Below are positions 1-9,438 of a DNA stretch of 64,000 bases, in pieces. Origin of the DNA: an uncultured Bacteroidota bacterium (GTDB lineage Bacteria; Bacteroidota; Bacteroidia; JABEUT01); assembly GCA_903863935.1 (NCBI GenBank), contig CAIPDV010000069.1:19322-83321 (forward strand), given 5' to 3'. The notes under the pieces were generated by a model. That model had not been told where the DNA came from. It searched no databases and was given only the letters and a program-made list of their open reading frames with translations. How positions within the stretch are numbered: position 1 is the first letter of the stretch; every line of letters begins with the position of its first letter. The position numbers and the translations under genes are program-made.

Positions 1-435
1 GTTTTCATGAATACCTTGGTATAACATTTGATTATTTCTCCTCATTTATTCCGGAAACAAATGATGTTAATCCCAATATCAACATTCAAAATTTCGGCTC
101 CAATGCTGAGCTATCCTTCAATTTTGGGTTCTCGTTAAATTAAGAAATAGAGAAGAATCAAAATTTACATTGCATACCAGCGACAAACGGGGAGATTATT
201 CACAAACTATCGACTTCAAGAGATAACACCTTCCATTGGTGTTTATAGTTATTCTTTTTAATAGTCCGGTTCGGTTCACATAGGCCAGGCCGGATTTGTT
301 AAAATTTCTTAAATGCAATATACTCCCCAAACGTTTTATTCCTCACCCCCGTTATCAAAGGGTGTAGAGCTAATAAAGTTGGAATAATTTACGATAAGAA
401 ATAAACAAGATGGTTTTTGAATTACCTCATTTCAG

Positions 436-509
436 TGGTCCCGGCGGGATTCGAACCCACGACCCACAGATTAGAAATCTGTTGCTCTATCCAACTGAGC
501 TACGGAACC
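436..509 (-). tRNA. tRNA-Arg (anticodon TCT), 74 nt, no encoded CCA
   Basis: The reverse complement folds as a canonical cloverleaf. Acceptor stem GGTTCCG/CGGGACC, D-arm GCTC...GAGC, anticodon stem ACAGA/TCTGT with loop TTTCTAA, T-arm GTGGG-TTCGAAT-CCCGC. Confidence 0.85.
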
Positions 510-523
510 AAAATAGGTGGTTG

Positions 524-598
524 TCGGGGTAGGCAGATTCGAACTGCCGACCTCCACGTCCCGAACGTGGCGCGCTAACCAGGCTACGCTACACCCCG
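524..598 (-). tRNA. tRNA-Pro (anticodon CGG), 75 nt
   Basis: Reverse complement gives acceptor stem CGGGGTG/TACCCCG, anticodon stem CCACG/CGTGG with loop TTCGGGA, and T-arm GTCGGCAGTTCGAATCTGCC. Confidence 0.8.
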
Positions 599-631
599 TT
601 TTACGTTAAACGGCCGCCAAAAGTATTAAAT

Positions 632-2077
632 TTGCATCACTTAAAAACAAAAACATTGAAAACAAAGTCTATTTTTTTATCCGTTTTTATGCTGGCTGCC
701 CTTGCAGTATCAGCTTTTCCAGGCAAACCGGTAAAGCACCGTTACGATTTTAACCTCAAAGGTTTACATCATACCAAATGCTTCTTGGGGTTTTATTATG
801 GCGATAAAAGCTATGTGCTTGATTCATCGGATGTTGATGAAAAAGGCAACTTCCATTTTTCAGGAGATAGCGTACTTCCCGGCGGGGTTTATTTTGTTTT
901 ACTTAAGGACAAAAAATATTTCGAATTCATTATTGATAAGGAACAGCATTTCACAATGAGTTCCGATACCAACGACTTTATAAAGTTCATGAAAGTGGTA
1001 GGTTCACCTGAAAACCAGCTATTTTATAGTTACCTGAATTATGCTGCTTCCCAGTATACAAAACTTCAAAAAATTCAGGATTCGGCTAAAACCCCCAAAG
1101 AAAAGGCAACCGCCCATGTAAAAATTGATTCGCTGAACAATGCTGTAAAAAAATACAAAGATGACTTTGCAGCAAAACATCGTGATTATTTACTCTCCGA
1201 GATTTTTAAAGCAGCCGAATATCCCGATGTGCCGGAAACTCCTATCCTTAAGAATGGCAGAAAAGATTCAAGCTTTGCATTCCGCTATTATAAGGCTCAC
1301 TTCTTCGATAATATTAATTTCTCCGACGACCGAATGGTGCATACACCATCGCAGGTTTTCTTCGACCGTATTAAGGAATATTTCAGCCGTCTTACCTTCC
1401 AGATTCCGGATTCTATAAACGCTGCAGCCGATTATATCCTGGCAAAAGCACGCAAGAGCCCCGATATGTATAAGTTCCTGGTGAACTACATTTCGTATAC
1501 CTACGAAAGCTCCAACATTATGGGAATGGATGCTGTGTTCGTACACATGGTTAAGAATTATTATACTCCCCAATCTGCAGTATGGGAAAGCCCATCTCAC
1601 CTCGAAAAAATGAGGGAACGAGCCGATGTGCTCGAGCCAATTTTGATTGGCAAACCTGCCATACCAATTGTGCTGCCCGATACAGCAAACGTAATGAAAG
1701 AAATGTATGCCATAAATGCCCGTTACACCATATTGTTTTTCTGGGATTATGATTGCGGCCTTTGCCAAAAGGAAATGCCTAAAATGATTAAGTGGTACGA
1801 TTCCATTAAAGGACAAGGCATAGAGGTTTATGCAGTTGAAATTAATGAGGCCGACCCCGGCAAATGGAAAGACTATATTAAAGCCCACAAGCTAGACTGG
1901 ATCAACGTTGCAGATCTATTCCATACAAGTAATTTCCGTCACGATTATGATGTAATAAGCACCCCTATGATTTATGTGCTGGATGAACGCAAATACATCA
2001 TTGCCAAAAAGATTGATGTTGGCGACCTGAACGGTATCCTGCGGCACGATGAGCAGATACATTCGGGAGGGAAGTAG
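632..2077 (+). CDS. Secreted thioredoxin-fold thiol-disulfide oxidoreductase-like protein (TlpA/AhpC-TSA-like C-terminal domain)
   Basis: N-terminal signal peptide (KSIFLSVFMLAALAVSA). C-terminal CGLC (CxxC) redox motif in a thioredoxin-like context (FWDYDCGLCQKEMPKM). Confidence 0.5.
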   Translation: MHHLKTKTLKTKSIFLSVFMLAALAVSAFPGKPVKHRYDFNLKGLHHTKCFLGFYYGDKSYVLDSSDVDEKGNFHFSGDSVLPGGVYFVLLKDKKYFEFIIDKEQHFTMSSDTNDFIKFMKVVGSPENQLFYSYLNYAASQYTKLQKIQDSAKTPKEKATAHVKIDSLNNAVKKYKDDFAAKHRDYLLSEIFKAAEYPDVPETPILKNGRKDSSFAFRYYKAHFFDNINFSDDRMVHTPSQVFFDRIKEYFSRLTFQIPDSINAAADYILAKARKSPDMYKFLVNYISYTYESSNIMGMDAVFVHMVKNYYTPQSAVWESPSHLEKMRERADVLEPILIGKPAIPIVLPDTANVMKEMYAINARYTILFFWDYDCGLCQKEMPKMIKWYDSIKGQGIEVYAVEINEADPGKWKDYIKAHKLDWINVADLFHTSNFRHDYDVISTPMIYVLDERKYIIAKKIDVGDLNGILRHDEQIHSGGK

Positions 2078-2114
2078 CCGAGAATACAGTAACTTTGCAA
2101 TAGAAATAATTTAT

Positions 2115-2495
2115 ATGGGATTGACATATTCAAAGATAAAATTAAGTAATCCGCGCAATACTGACTTATTACCAATTGAACTTAATGCTCTTGTAGATAC
2201 AGGAGCTTTAACAATGTGTATATCGCAATCGGTAGCGTTCCAATTAGAACTTGAAGAATTGGAAAAGCGACCTGTAACTATTGCTGATGGCAGTACGCAT
2301 GAGGTGCCTTATGTTGGCCCGGTGAGAGTTGATTTTGAAAACCGGTTTTGTTTTACAGGGGCCTTGGTAATCGGAGATGAAGCCTTATTAGGTGCCGTAC
2401 CAATGGAAGAAATGGATTTAATTGTGCATCCTGCTAAACAAAAGCTAATGGCAAACCCATTGCATCCAAATAGGCCAGGTTATACTATTAAGTAG
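2115..2495 (+). CDS. Retropepsin-like (clan AA) aspartic protease family protein
   Basis: D-T-G-A active-site motif (LVDTGALTMCIS) in a ~125 aa protein. Start moved to the internal Met (MGLTYSK) to remove the overlap with the upstream CDS. Confidence 0.45.
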   Translation: MGLTYSKIKLSNPRNTDLLPIELNALVDTGALTMCISQSVAFQLELEELEKRPVTIADGSTHEVPYVGPVRVDFENRFCFTGALVIGDEALLGAVPMEEMDLIVHPAKQKLMANPLHPNRPGYTIK

Positions 2496-2501
2496 GTTGT
2501 A

Positions 2502-5246
2502 CTATTTCTGAATTACCACCTTGCCGCTGCCAAGTGTGTTTCCGCTTTCAGTTATTACCCTATAGAAATAAACCCCGTTAGGTTGATTGCTGATATTTAT
2601 TTCTTCACTCTTTGCTCTCAGTTCTTCGCTTTTAACTCTCTGCCCCAGTACATCATAAATTTCTACTGACAACTGTCCACTGGCAACTGACGACTGAATT
2701 GTGAAGGTGCCATTATTTGGGTTGGGGAAGATGGTGATGTTGCTGCTTCCGGTGGCTAGTTGATTAATACCTGTGCAATCCTCAACAAACAAGCTATCGG
2801 TAGCTGTTGCAGAACAGCCATTAGAATCGGTAAAGCTATAGTAAATAAAATTAAACGAATTAGTAACAGCGGAATCAGGATAAAAATGAGTTCCAACAAT
2901 TGCAAGACCTGTTAAAACTCCACCTGAAGGATAAGAATAAATGGAAATAACGCCATTGGAATTACAAACTGAATCACTTGAGCGATGCACAATAATCACA
3001 GTTGGTAATGGATTAACGTGAATAAGTGCACTATCTTTAGTCTTACACCCCACAAAATCAGATACAGTTATTAAGTATTTCGTGTCAATTTTAGGTGCTA
3101 CGGAAATTGAGGTGGTTGTTTTACCATTGCTCCAAAGATACTTATATGGAGAAATACCACCGGCTGAGTAATCATTCAAATAAATAGTATCACCTAAGCA
3201 AATAGACGTATATGGAATTGTATCTGTTAATCTTGAAGGCTGAGTAATAGTTACTGTTGCAAAACCTGCACATCCGTTATAATCAGTTATCGTTAAGGTA
3301 TAAGTTCCTGCTGTCAGCGCATTATCCGAAGCATTTGTTCCTCCTCCAGGACTCCAAAAATATTGATATGGGTTAGTACCCCCGCTAACTGATGAAGTTA
3401 TATAACCGGAATTATCTTCAAAACATTTTAAATTATGTGGATTTAAAGTAACGTTTAGTGCTGGTGGCTGTTTAATTGTATCAAAAAGAATTGATTTGCA
3501 ATTATTTGCATCATTAATAACTATTGTAAATGTGTTGGCAGAAAGATGTGTAAGACTTGAAGTAGTATTTCCATTGCTCCAGAGATAGGTGTATGGGGTT
3601 GCACCACCTGTAACTAAAATAATGGATGACCCATCATTCCCACCATAGCAACCAATATCGGTGTTCAGGATTATTATTGTTTTAGATGGAGGTTGTGTAA
3701 TTGTAACTTGTGTGGAGTCTATGCATCCGTTTTTGTCAGTAATATTTATAGTGTAAATTCCGGCAATTAATCCGGTGGCTAAAGCATTTGTTCCTCCTTT
3801 ACCAGTCCATTTATATGTGTAAGGAGTGGTTCCACCACTTAAGGTAACGTTTGCAATACCGACACTGTCTCCATAGCAAGACTCATTATTCAATACCGCC
3901 CCATTTAATAGTAGTGCCCCAGGTTGGGTAATAGTAACTGTTGCTGTACTTGCACAACTATATTTATCGGTAATACTTACTGTATAACTGCCTGCACTTA
4001 AATTGCTCGCGCTTACATTTGTTCCTGCTCCGCCGCTCCAGGTATAGTTATATGGGCCTGTTCCACCATTTAAAGTAACCATAATGCTTCCATTATTTTC
4101 TCCGTAACAAAAAATGCTTTGAACTACAGAAGCAGTTGCAGAAAAGCTACAGTTATATATTTCACGAATCCGATTGTTCAGCAAATCGTCAATAAATAGT
4201 CTCCCTAAACCATCCATAACTACTCCTGCAGGTTGATTAAGCTCGGCACTTGTAGCAGGCCCTCCATCACCGCTAAAACTGCCAAACCCAGTTCCGGCAA
4301 TTGTATTGATATTTCCCGATGTATTTACTTCCCGAACACAATTATTAGCAATGTCTGAAAAATATAAATTGCCAGTTGGATCAATAGAAATAAAAGAAGG
4401 TCCGTCTAGTTTCGCTGATTTAGCAGGTCCACCATCACCACTGTACCCCGCAATTCCATTACCAATAATAGTTGAAATAATACCTGATGTGGTTATCATC
4501 CTGACACGATTATTACCTCTATCACATATATATAAATTTCCGGCAGGATCCGTTGTAAGTCCAACCGGATAATCCAATTCAGCAGCTGAAGCAGCACCAC
4601 CATCTCCAGAATAACCAAATATATTCGGTTTACCGGCAAAAGTGGTTATAATACCACTTGTATTTACTTTTCGAATAATTGAATTTCCAAAGTCAGCTAT
4701 ATACACATTGCCAGATAAATCAACTGTTACACCTGCTGGAAGATTCAGATCGGCATTTGTTGCCTGTCCACCATCCCCACTGTACCCAGTAATATGTTCG
4801 CCAGCAAATGTTGAAATTATCCCGGAAGTAGTTACTTTACGTATAACGGCGTTATCCCGATCTGCTATATACATATTTCCGGAAGGATCAAATGCTATAT
4901 CAAGGGGGGTATGCAATTCGGCAGCTGAAGCCTGCCCCCCATTACCACTATATCCGGCAACTCCTGCCTTTCCTGCAATAGTGTATATAAGACCGGTAGT
5001 TGTATTAACCATGCTTATAATTTGAGATCCGGCTTCTGCGGAATAAATATTACCTGTTGCATCTGTATTCATACCGTCCGGTTCATTTAATTCGGCGGCA
5101 GTTGCTGGTCCGCCCATTCCACTGTATCCTGCCGGACCAATACCTGCAATTGTAGTTATAATTTGAGCCGCATTGTATGAGAAGAAACCAGAACAGAAAA
5201 TTAAAATCGATACTACCAGTAATTTATTTTTATTCATATACTTCAA
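2502..5246 (-). CDS. T9SS-secreted cell-surface protein: N-terminal NHL-repeat beta-propeller + SprB-type repeats + type-A Por C-terminal sorting domain
   Basis: Signal peptide. Repeated NHL-like units (GNIYIAD.., SGDGGQAT). At least four SprB-like repeats (CYG..G...V.GGT.PYTY.WS.G). C-terminal IFPNPNNGTFTI...VIQK tail typical of the Por_Secre_tail family. Confidence 0.6.
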   Translation of the reverse strand: MKYMNKNKLLVVSILIFCSGFFSYNAAQIITTIAGIGPAGYSGMGGPATAAELNEPDGMNTDATGNIYSAEAGSQIISMVNTTTGLIYTIAGKAGVAGYSGNGGQASAAELHTPLDIAFDPSGNMYIADRDNAVIRKVTTSGIISTFAGEHITGYSGDGGQATNADLNLPAGVTVDLSGNVYIADFGNSIIRKVNTSGIITTFAGKPNIFGYSGDGGAASAAELDYPVGLTTDPAGNLYICDRGNNRVRMITTSGIISTIIGNGIAGYSGDGGPAKSAKLDGPSFISIDPTGNLYFSDIANNCVREVNTSGNINTIAGTGFGSFSGDGGPATSAELNQPAGVVMDGLGRLFIDDLLNNRIREIYNCSFSATASVVQSIFCYGENNGSIMVTLNGGTGPYNYTWSGGAGTNVSASNLSAGSYTVSITDKYSCASTATVTITQPGALLLNGAVLNNESCYGDSVGIANVTLSGGTTPYTYKWTGKGGTNALATGLIAGIYTINITDKNGCIDSTQVTITQPPSKTIIILNTDIGCYGGNDGSSIILVTGGATPYTYLWSNGNTTSSLTHLSANTFTIVINDANNCKSILFDTIKQPPALNVTLNPHNLKCFEDNSGYITSSVSGGTNPYQYFWSPGGGTNASDNALTAGTYTLTITDYNGCAGFATVTITQPSRLTDTIPYTSICLGDTIYLNDYSAGGISPYKYLWSNGKTTTSISVAPKIDTKYLITVSDFVGCKTKDSALIHVNPLPTVIIVHRSSDSVCNSNGVISIYSYPSGGVLTGLAIVGTHFYPDSAVTNSFNFIYYSFTDSNGCSATATDSLFVEDCTGINQLATGSSNITIFPNPNNGTFTIQSSVASGQLSVEIYDVLGQRVKSEELRAKSEEINISNQPNGVYFYRVITESGNTLGSGKVVIQK

Positions 5247-5259
5247 AGATTCGATTTGG

Positions 5260-8200
5260 TCATTTCTGAATCACAAATTTTCGACTCGATTTTAATACCC
5301 CATTCCCATTCATTACCTGGCAAATATACACTCCGTTAGGCTGAGTGCTAAGGTCTATTTTTTTAGAAAAGCTATTCCCTGAAACAAAAAAATGAGAATC
5401 ATATATTTTTTGACCCAGCACATTATCTATTTCCAATGAAATTGTTCCATTTATTGATCCGGACTTTATATTGAAATTACCGTTATTTGGATTGGGGTAG
5501 ATCAACCAATCCCCTGCGACTCCGGCTAGTAGAGGTATTCCAGTGCAACTTTCTACATAAATACTGTCTGTAACCGATGCGGAACATCCGTTTGAATCTA
5601 TGTAGCTGTAGTAGATAAAATTAAATGCTCCGGTTTTAGCTGAATCCGGATAAAAATATTTCCCATGCACTGCATCCCCGCTTAATATCCCCCCCTTGGG
5701 ATTCATAAAAATGGTTATTACTCCCGCCCCGTTGCAAATTGTATCATTCGATTGAAGGATGAGAATTAATGAAGGTAGCGGATTTACTTTAATTATGGAA
5801 CTATCTTTTGTAAGACATCCGGTAGAATCTGTTACAGCAAGAATAAATTTGCTTGTATTTACCGGTGCAATGGAAATAAAATTATATGTTCCGCCTGTAC
5901 TCCACAAATAAGTGTAAGGGTTGAACCCGCCAGAACTATAATCAAATAACGTAACTGAATCACCAATGCAAACTGACGTTTTGGGAATGCTGTCCTTGAT
6001 TTTAGTGGGTTGAGTAATTGTAATAGCCGCAAAACCTGCACATCCATTATTATCGGTAATGTTAAGAGTATAAGTATTAGCTACCAGGTTACTATCTACG
6101 CTTCCTGTTGCTCCACCAGGTTTCCATAAGTATGTGTATGGCCCTGTACCTCCCGTAACTGTTGAACTAATATTTCCATTTTTATCTCCAAAGCAATGAA
6201 GATTGTGTACACTGTCTGCTATCTTTATTTCCTGGGGTTGGGTAATGGTGTCAGTTAAAATCAGAGTACAGTTATTTTTATCTTTTATAGTAATTGAATA
6301 AACTCCCCTGGATAGATTATTTACACTTAAAGTTGTATTGCCGTTGCTCCATAAATAGGTATATGGTGCCAACCCCCCGGAAACTATTGCATATGCCGAG
6401 CCATCGTTACCACCATAACATTGTACATTATTACTTGCAGTATAAACATTCATAACTGGGGCCTGCGTAATAACCACGGAAGCTGTTGAATTGCATCCGG
6501 AAGCATCCTTAATAGACACCGTATATGTGCCTGCACTAAGTCCACTGATATAAGAATTAGTACCATAACCCGCACTCCATAAATAAGTATAGGGTGCTAA
6601 ACCTCCTATTGTTGATATAAAGGCGTCAGCATTTGAATCTCTGTTACAAACAATATTGTTTATAACCGATATTGAAGCGACTAATGGGCTAATTTGGGCA
6701 ACGCTAAAAGTATCGGTAACTGCAAAATCACAATTGTGTGACACGGTTACAGTATAATTTCCTGCAATTAACCCGGTCACGGTTCTACTTGTAGCTCCAT
6801 TACTCCACGAATAAGAATATTGATTGGTATCCCAAAGGCATCCATTAATTGTTGCTGAAACTACAGCCCCGTCACAGTAATTGGTATGATTTTTATTAAC
6901 TGTTAAGCTGTAAATACTTGGTAAATTGAAACTGGAAATAAATTGATTACCGCAAACTATTAGTTTATTATTTATAGCAACACGAAGATCATAAATTTGA
7001 TTTGTGGCATTAATAACCGTTGTAATATTCAATCCCGTATCTAATACTTCCACTTTTGTGTTATTTGCTACGTAAATATTTTCACATAAATCTAAATCTA
7101 TTCCGCTCCAGTTCAAACTTGAGGCACCAATGTTTTTTGTAAATGTATTTACCCCAGTACTTTTATAATATCTCCGAAGGGTTTGTCCATCAAATAAATA
7201 GATCCATTTAGAACCTGCAACTTCACCATTCGGCGATGAACTATAACCTTGCTTTCCATCAATATAACTCAAATCGGGCAAGCCTTCGTAAAATGAAAAA
7301 CCATCAGATATAATATAATTAGTTGTCATGTAAGGCAATGTACATTTAACTAAAACATTATCGAAATCGGTTAAACTCGAATTGGTTTTCATAATTGCAG
7401 CATAAACGGCTGTATTGGAATTGTCAATTGCAAGAAGTGCAACATCATGTTGTGTTTCTCCACTGTGCAGAATATCAAATCCCTGAATAGAAGTAAAACT
7501 GGTATCTAGTAAGCAAATTTGGTTAGGATCTGCTGTTCCCCCGCCACCTATAACTAACTGTCCTATGCATTTACTATATGCTACTTTCCATAATTCTTCC
7601 ATAGGGTGTCCAATTGTGTAGGAATTTACCTGAATGCCATTAGAGTTTAATTTTAGGATAGTTGGTTCACCTGCACACCCCAAATAACTCGTACCACTTA
7701 CTTCATCTACGGCAAAGCTTCCGAACCCTGCAAGGGTATTCGGATAAATCGCATTAAAAATCCACTGAATATTTCCTGTACTGTCAAGTTTTATTTCTTG
7801 ATATGGGTTGAAACTACCATAAACATAAACATTGCCATGTAAATCGTAGTTTATATCATAACCCGCGTCATAACCCGTAAATAAAGGATTTACCGTCCAA
7901 GGGTCAATAACTAATGTTTTACTTTTATCATAAATACATAAAAACGATATTTCGTTTCCACTTTTTTGAAATGAGGCAGATACATTTTCATTGCTCTCTT
8001 TGTAAAAAACTTTTGTGGGCTTATGGTCAGTAAAATCGCCAAAGGAGCTTTGCAACTCGATATTACCGGAAGAATTAATTATACTATTATTTGCGTCTTT
8101 ATACAACAGTTTTACTTGTGATAGATTTGCACCCGGATGAATAATTACTGAGTACTCTAATCCCTTATCATTTGCAGGGAAGGAATATTCAATATCTATT

Positions 8201-8697
8201 CCATTATATATGTTTTTATACAGAATTTTTTTACACGCATGTGCAAAAACAGTATGGTTATTTCCAGCAGGATAGCAGTAATAGAACTTTACAGGGTCTT
8301 CTGATATTAATTCAACATTCGGATTTGCATTTTCCCATTCAACTGAAAAAAAATGTGTCTCCGGCTTATTTCTATCTGTATCTTTTCTTTCATCTTCATC
8401 TCCGGCAGGAGGAGGAAATTTATCATATCGGTAAGTAACTCCTTTAGGCGTAAAGTATACATCAACCCCTGTTATGCGTGTTGTGCATAATATTTTACCT
8501 TTTTCGGCAGGTATCTTTCCATCTAATTGTCCTTCATTATTCTCAATAAATACCTTCAGCTCAAATGGCTCGTTTACGGTCCATTTAGCTTGTGAAAGGC
8601 CATTTGCAGGTATAGTACTACTCTGTCCCATCACCTTAAAACAGGGGAATAATAAAATCAGAAAAATATAAAAAAAGTAATTTTTTACTATCTTCAT
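5260..8697 (-). CDS. T9SS-secreted large surface protein with SprB-type repeats and type-A C-terminal sorting domain; paralog of the downstream gene
   Basis: Signal peptide. The C-terminal ~500 aa are collinear and ~55% identical to 2502..5246 (CYGGNDGS..GG.APYTYLWSNGNTT.., ..NGCAGFA..TITQP..). C-terminal LIYPNPNNGNFNIKS..VIQK tail. Confidence 0.6.
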   Translation of the reverse strand: MKIVKNYFFYIFLILLFPCFKVMGQSSTIPANGLSQAKWTVNEPFELKVFIENNEGQLDGKIPAEKGKILCTTRITGVDVYFTPKGVTYRYDKFPPPAGDEDERKDTDRNKPETHFFSVEWENANPNVELISEDPVKFYYCYPAGNNHTVFAHACKKILYKNIYNGIDIEYSFPANDKGLEYSVIIHPGANLSQVKLLYKDANNSIINSSGNIELQSSFGDFTDHKPTKVFYKESNENVSASFQKSGNEISFLCIYDKSKTLVIDPWTVNPLFTGYDAGYDINYDLHGNVYVYGSFNPYQEIKLDSTGNIQWIFNAIYPNTLAGFGSFAVDEVSGTSYLGCAGEPTILKLNSNGIQVNSYTIGHPMEELWKVAYSKCIGQLVIGGGGTADPNQICLLDTSFTSIQGFDILHSGETQHDVALLAIDNSNTAVYAAIMKTNSSLTDFDNVLVKCTLPYMTTNYIISDGFSFYEGLPDLSYIDGKQGYSSSPNGEVAGSKWIYLFDGQTLRRYYKSTGVNTFTKNIGASSLNWSGIDLDLCENIYVANNTKVEVLDTGLNITTVINATNQIYDLRVAINNKLIVCGNQFISSFNLPSIYSLTVNKNHTNYCDGAVVSATINGCLWDTNQYSYSWSNGATSRTVTGLIAGNYTVTVSHNCDFAVTDTFSVAQISPLVASISVINNIVCNRDSNADAFISTIGGLAPYTYLWSAGYGTNSYISGLSAGTYTVSIKDASGCNSTASVVITQAPVMNVYTASNNVQCYGGNDGSAYAIVSGGLAPYTYLWSNGNTTLSVNNLSRGVYSITIKDKNNCTLILTDTITQPQEIKIADSVHNLHCFGDKNGNISSTVTGGTGPYTYLWKPGGATGSVDSNLVANTYTLNITDNNGCAGFAAITITQPTKIKDSIPKTSVCIGDSVTLFDYSSGGFNPYTYLWSTGGTYNFISIAPVNTSKFILAVTDSTGCLTKDSSIIKVNPLPSLILILQSNDTICNGAGVITIFMNPKGGILSGDAVHGKYFYPDSAKTGAFNFIYYSYIDSNGCSASVTDSIYVESCTGIPLLAGVAGDWLIYPNPNNGNFNIKSGSINGTISLEIDNVLGQKIYDSHFFVSGNSFSKKIDLSTQPNGVYICQVMNGNGVLKSSRKFVIQK

Positions 8698-8768
8698 ACT
8701 ATAAAGATAATGAATTTATTACAAATGAAAGGCAACGCACTATTAATTAAAATGCCTTTCATTCACAA

Positions 8769-9152
8769 TTATTCCCCATCCTCATCTATAGGCTCCCAAG
8801 GATTATCATTAAAAGTGTTAAGACGGTTCTGTTCATCAACAAAGTTTTTATAAAAAATCCCGAGCATTTTAATTAAAACCCGCACATCTCCGGCTTCAAT
8901 TTTGCGCATTGCTATCTCAAGTAATTCCTCTTTTGCGTGTCGGTGCCGTATGTCTAGTAAACTCCCTACGGAGTTATTATAGTCATTGTCTTCCCTGCAC
9001 CATCGGTAGTGAGTCCGTTCCGAAACCTTTGCATCTAAAGCTGCATTTTTCACATTCCCATGAAATGCTTCTAAAGAGGCAAGCATGACTCCTTTTTGTT
9101 TGGCTGTTTCATTTTTTGAATTCCTGCGCATAAACTTTAATTTATGATGCAA
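8769..9152 (-). CDS. Small helix-turn-helix protein, phage terminase small-subunit-like / phBC6A51-type HTH
   Basis: Motif GNVKNAALDAKVSERTHYRWCRED matches the G-N-V-x-x-A-x-x-x-G-(I/V)-S-x-x-T-x-Y-x-W signature of terminase-small-subunit-type HTH domains. No other phage genes nearby. Confidence 0.4.
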   Translation of the reverse strand: MHHKLKFMRRNSKNETAKQKGVMLASLEAFHGNVKNAALDAKVSERTHYRWCREDNDYNNSVGSLLDIRHRHAKEELLEIAMRKIEAGDVRVLIKMLGIFYKNFVDEQNRLNTFNDNPWEPIDEDGE

Positions 9153-9284
9153 AAATAAATCGTGGAAAAGTGTTTTTTATCAAAGTCAATGACTTTTCAA
9201 CCCCGAATTTATGAACATTGCTTTTCGGAAGTAAAGTTAATATTAGCTATATAAATGTGTGGCATTTGCCTGGCAATTGTGTGC

Positions 9285-9322
9285 CAAAAAAAATGTGTCA
9301 GTACCTCCTCGCCACTGACACA
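9285..9322 (-). terminator. Rho-independent terminator downstream of nadD
   Basis: 9-bp perfect stem TGTGTCAGT/ACTGACACA with an 11-nt loop. An A8 run on the plus strand gives a T8 tract after the hairpin on the minus strand. Confidence 0.6.
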
Positions 9323-9438
9323 AAAATGGAGTATTCAATTAGCATTAAATCAAATGCTTATAAAGATGTGTCAGTAAAGTGTTTTTTTGATTTTACTGAC
9401 ACATTCGCAAAATCAGTTTCTGAAAAAATCACGAAAAT

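Noticed and set aside
1161-1888. ORFs 1161..1418 (+) and 1268..1888 (-) inside the thioredoxin-like gene
   Set aside because: They are fully nested in or antisense to a 481-aa CDS that has a signal peptide and a CxxC motif.
2049-2114. Longer N-terminus of the retropepsin-like protease overlapping the upstream gene by 29 bp
   Set aside because: The internal Met at 2115 removes the overlap and still leaves the full aspartic-protease core.
4306-5025. Plus-strand ORFs 4306..4572 and 4642..5025, minus-strand 5859..6047, and plus-strand 8172..8438 and 8474..8671, all inside the giant T9SS genes
   Set aside because: They are embedded antisense or out of frame within long, well-supported CDSs. Their translations show repeat-derived low complexity.
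436-9152. Integrated mobile element at the tRNA-Arg/tRNA-Pro pair
   Set aside because: No integrase, no transposase and no direct repeat of a tRNA 3' end were found. The only phage-like gene is a lone terminase-small-type HTH protein ~8 kb away.
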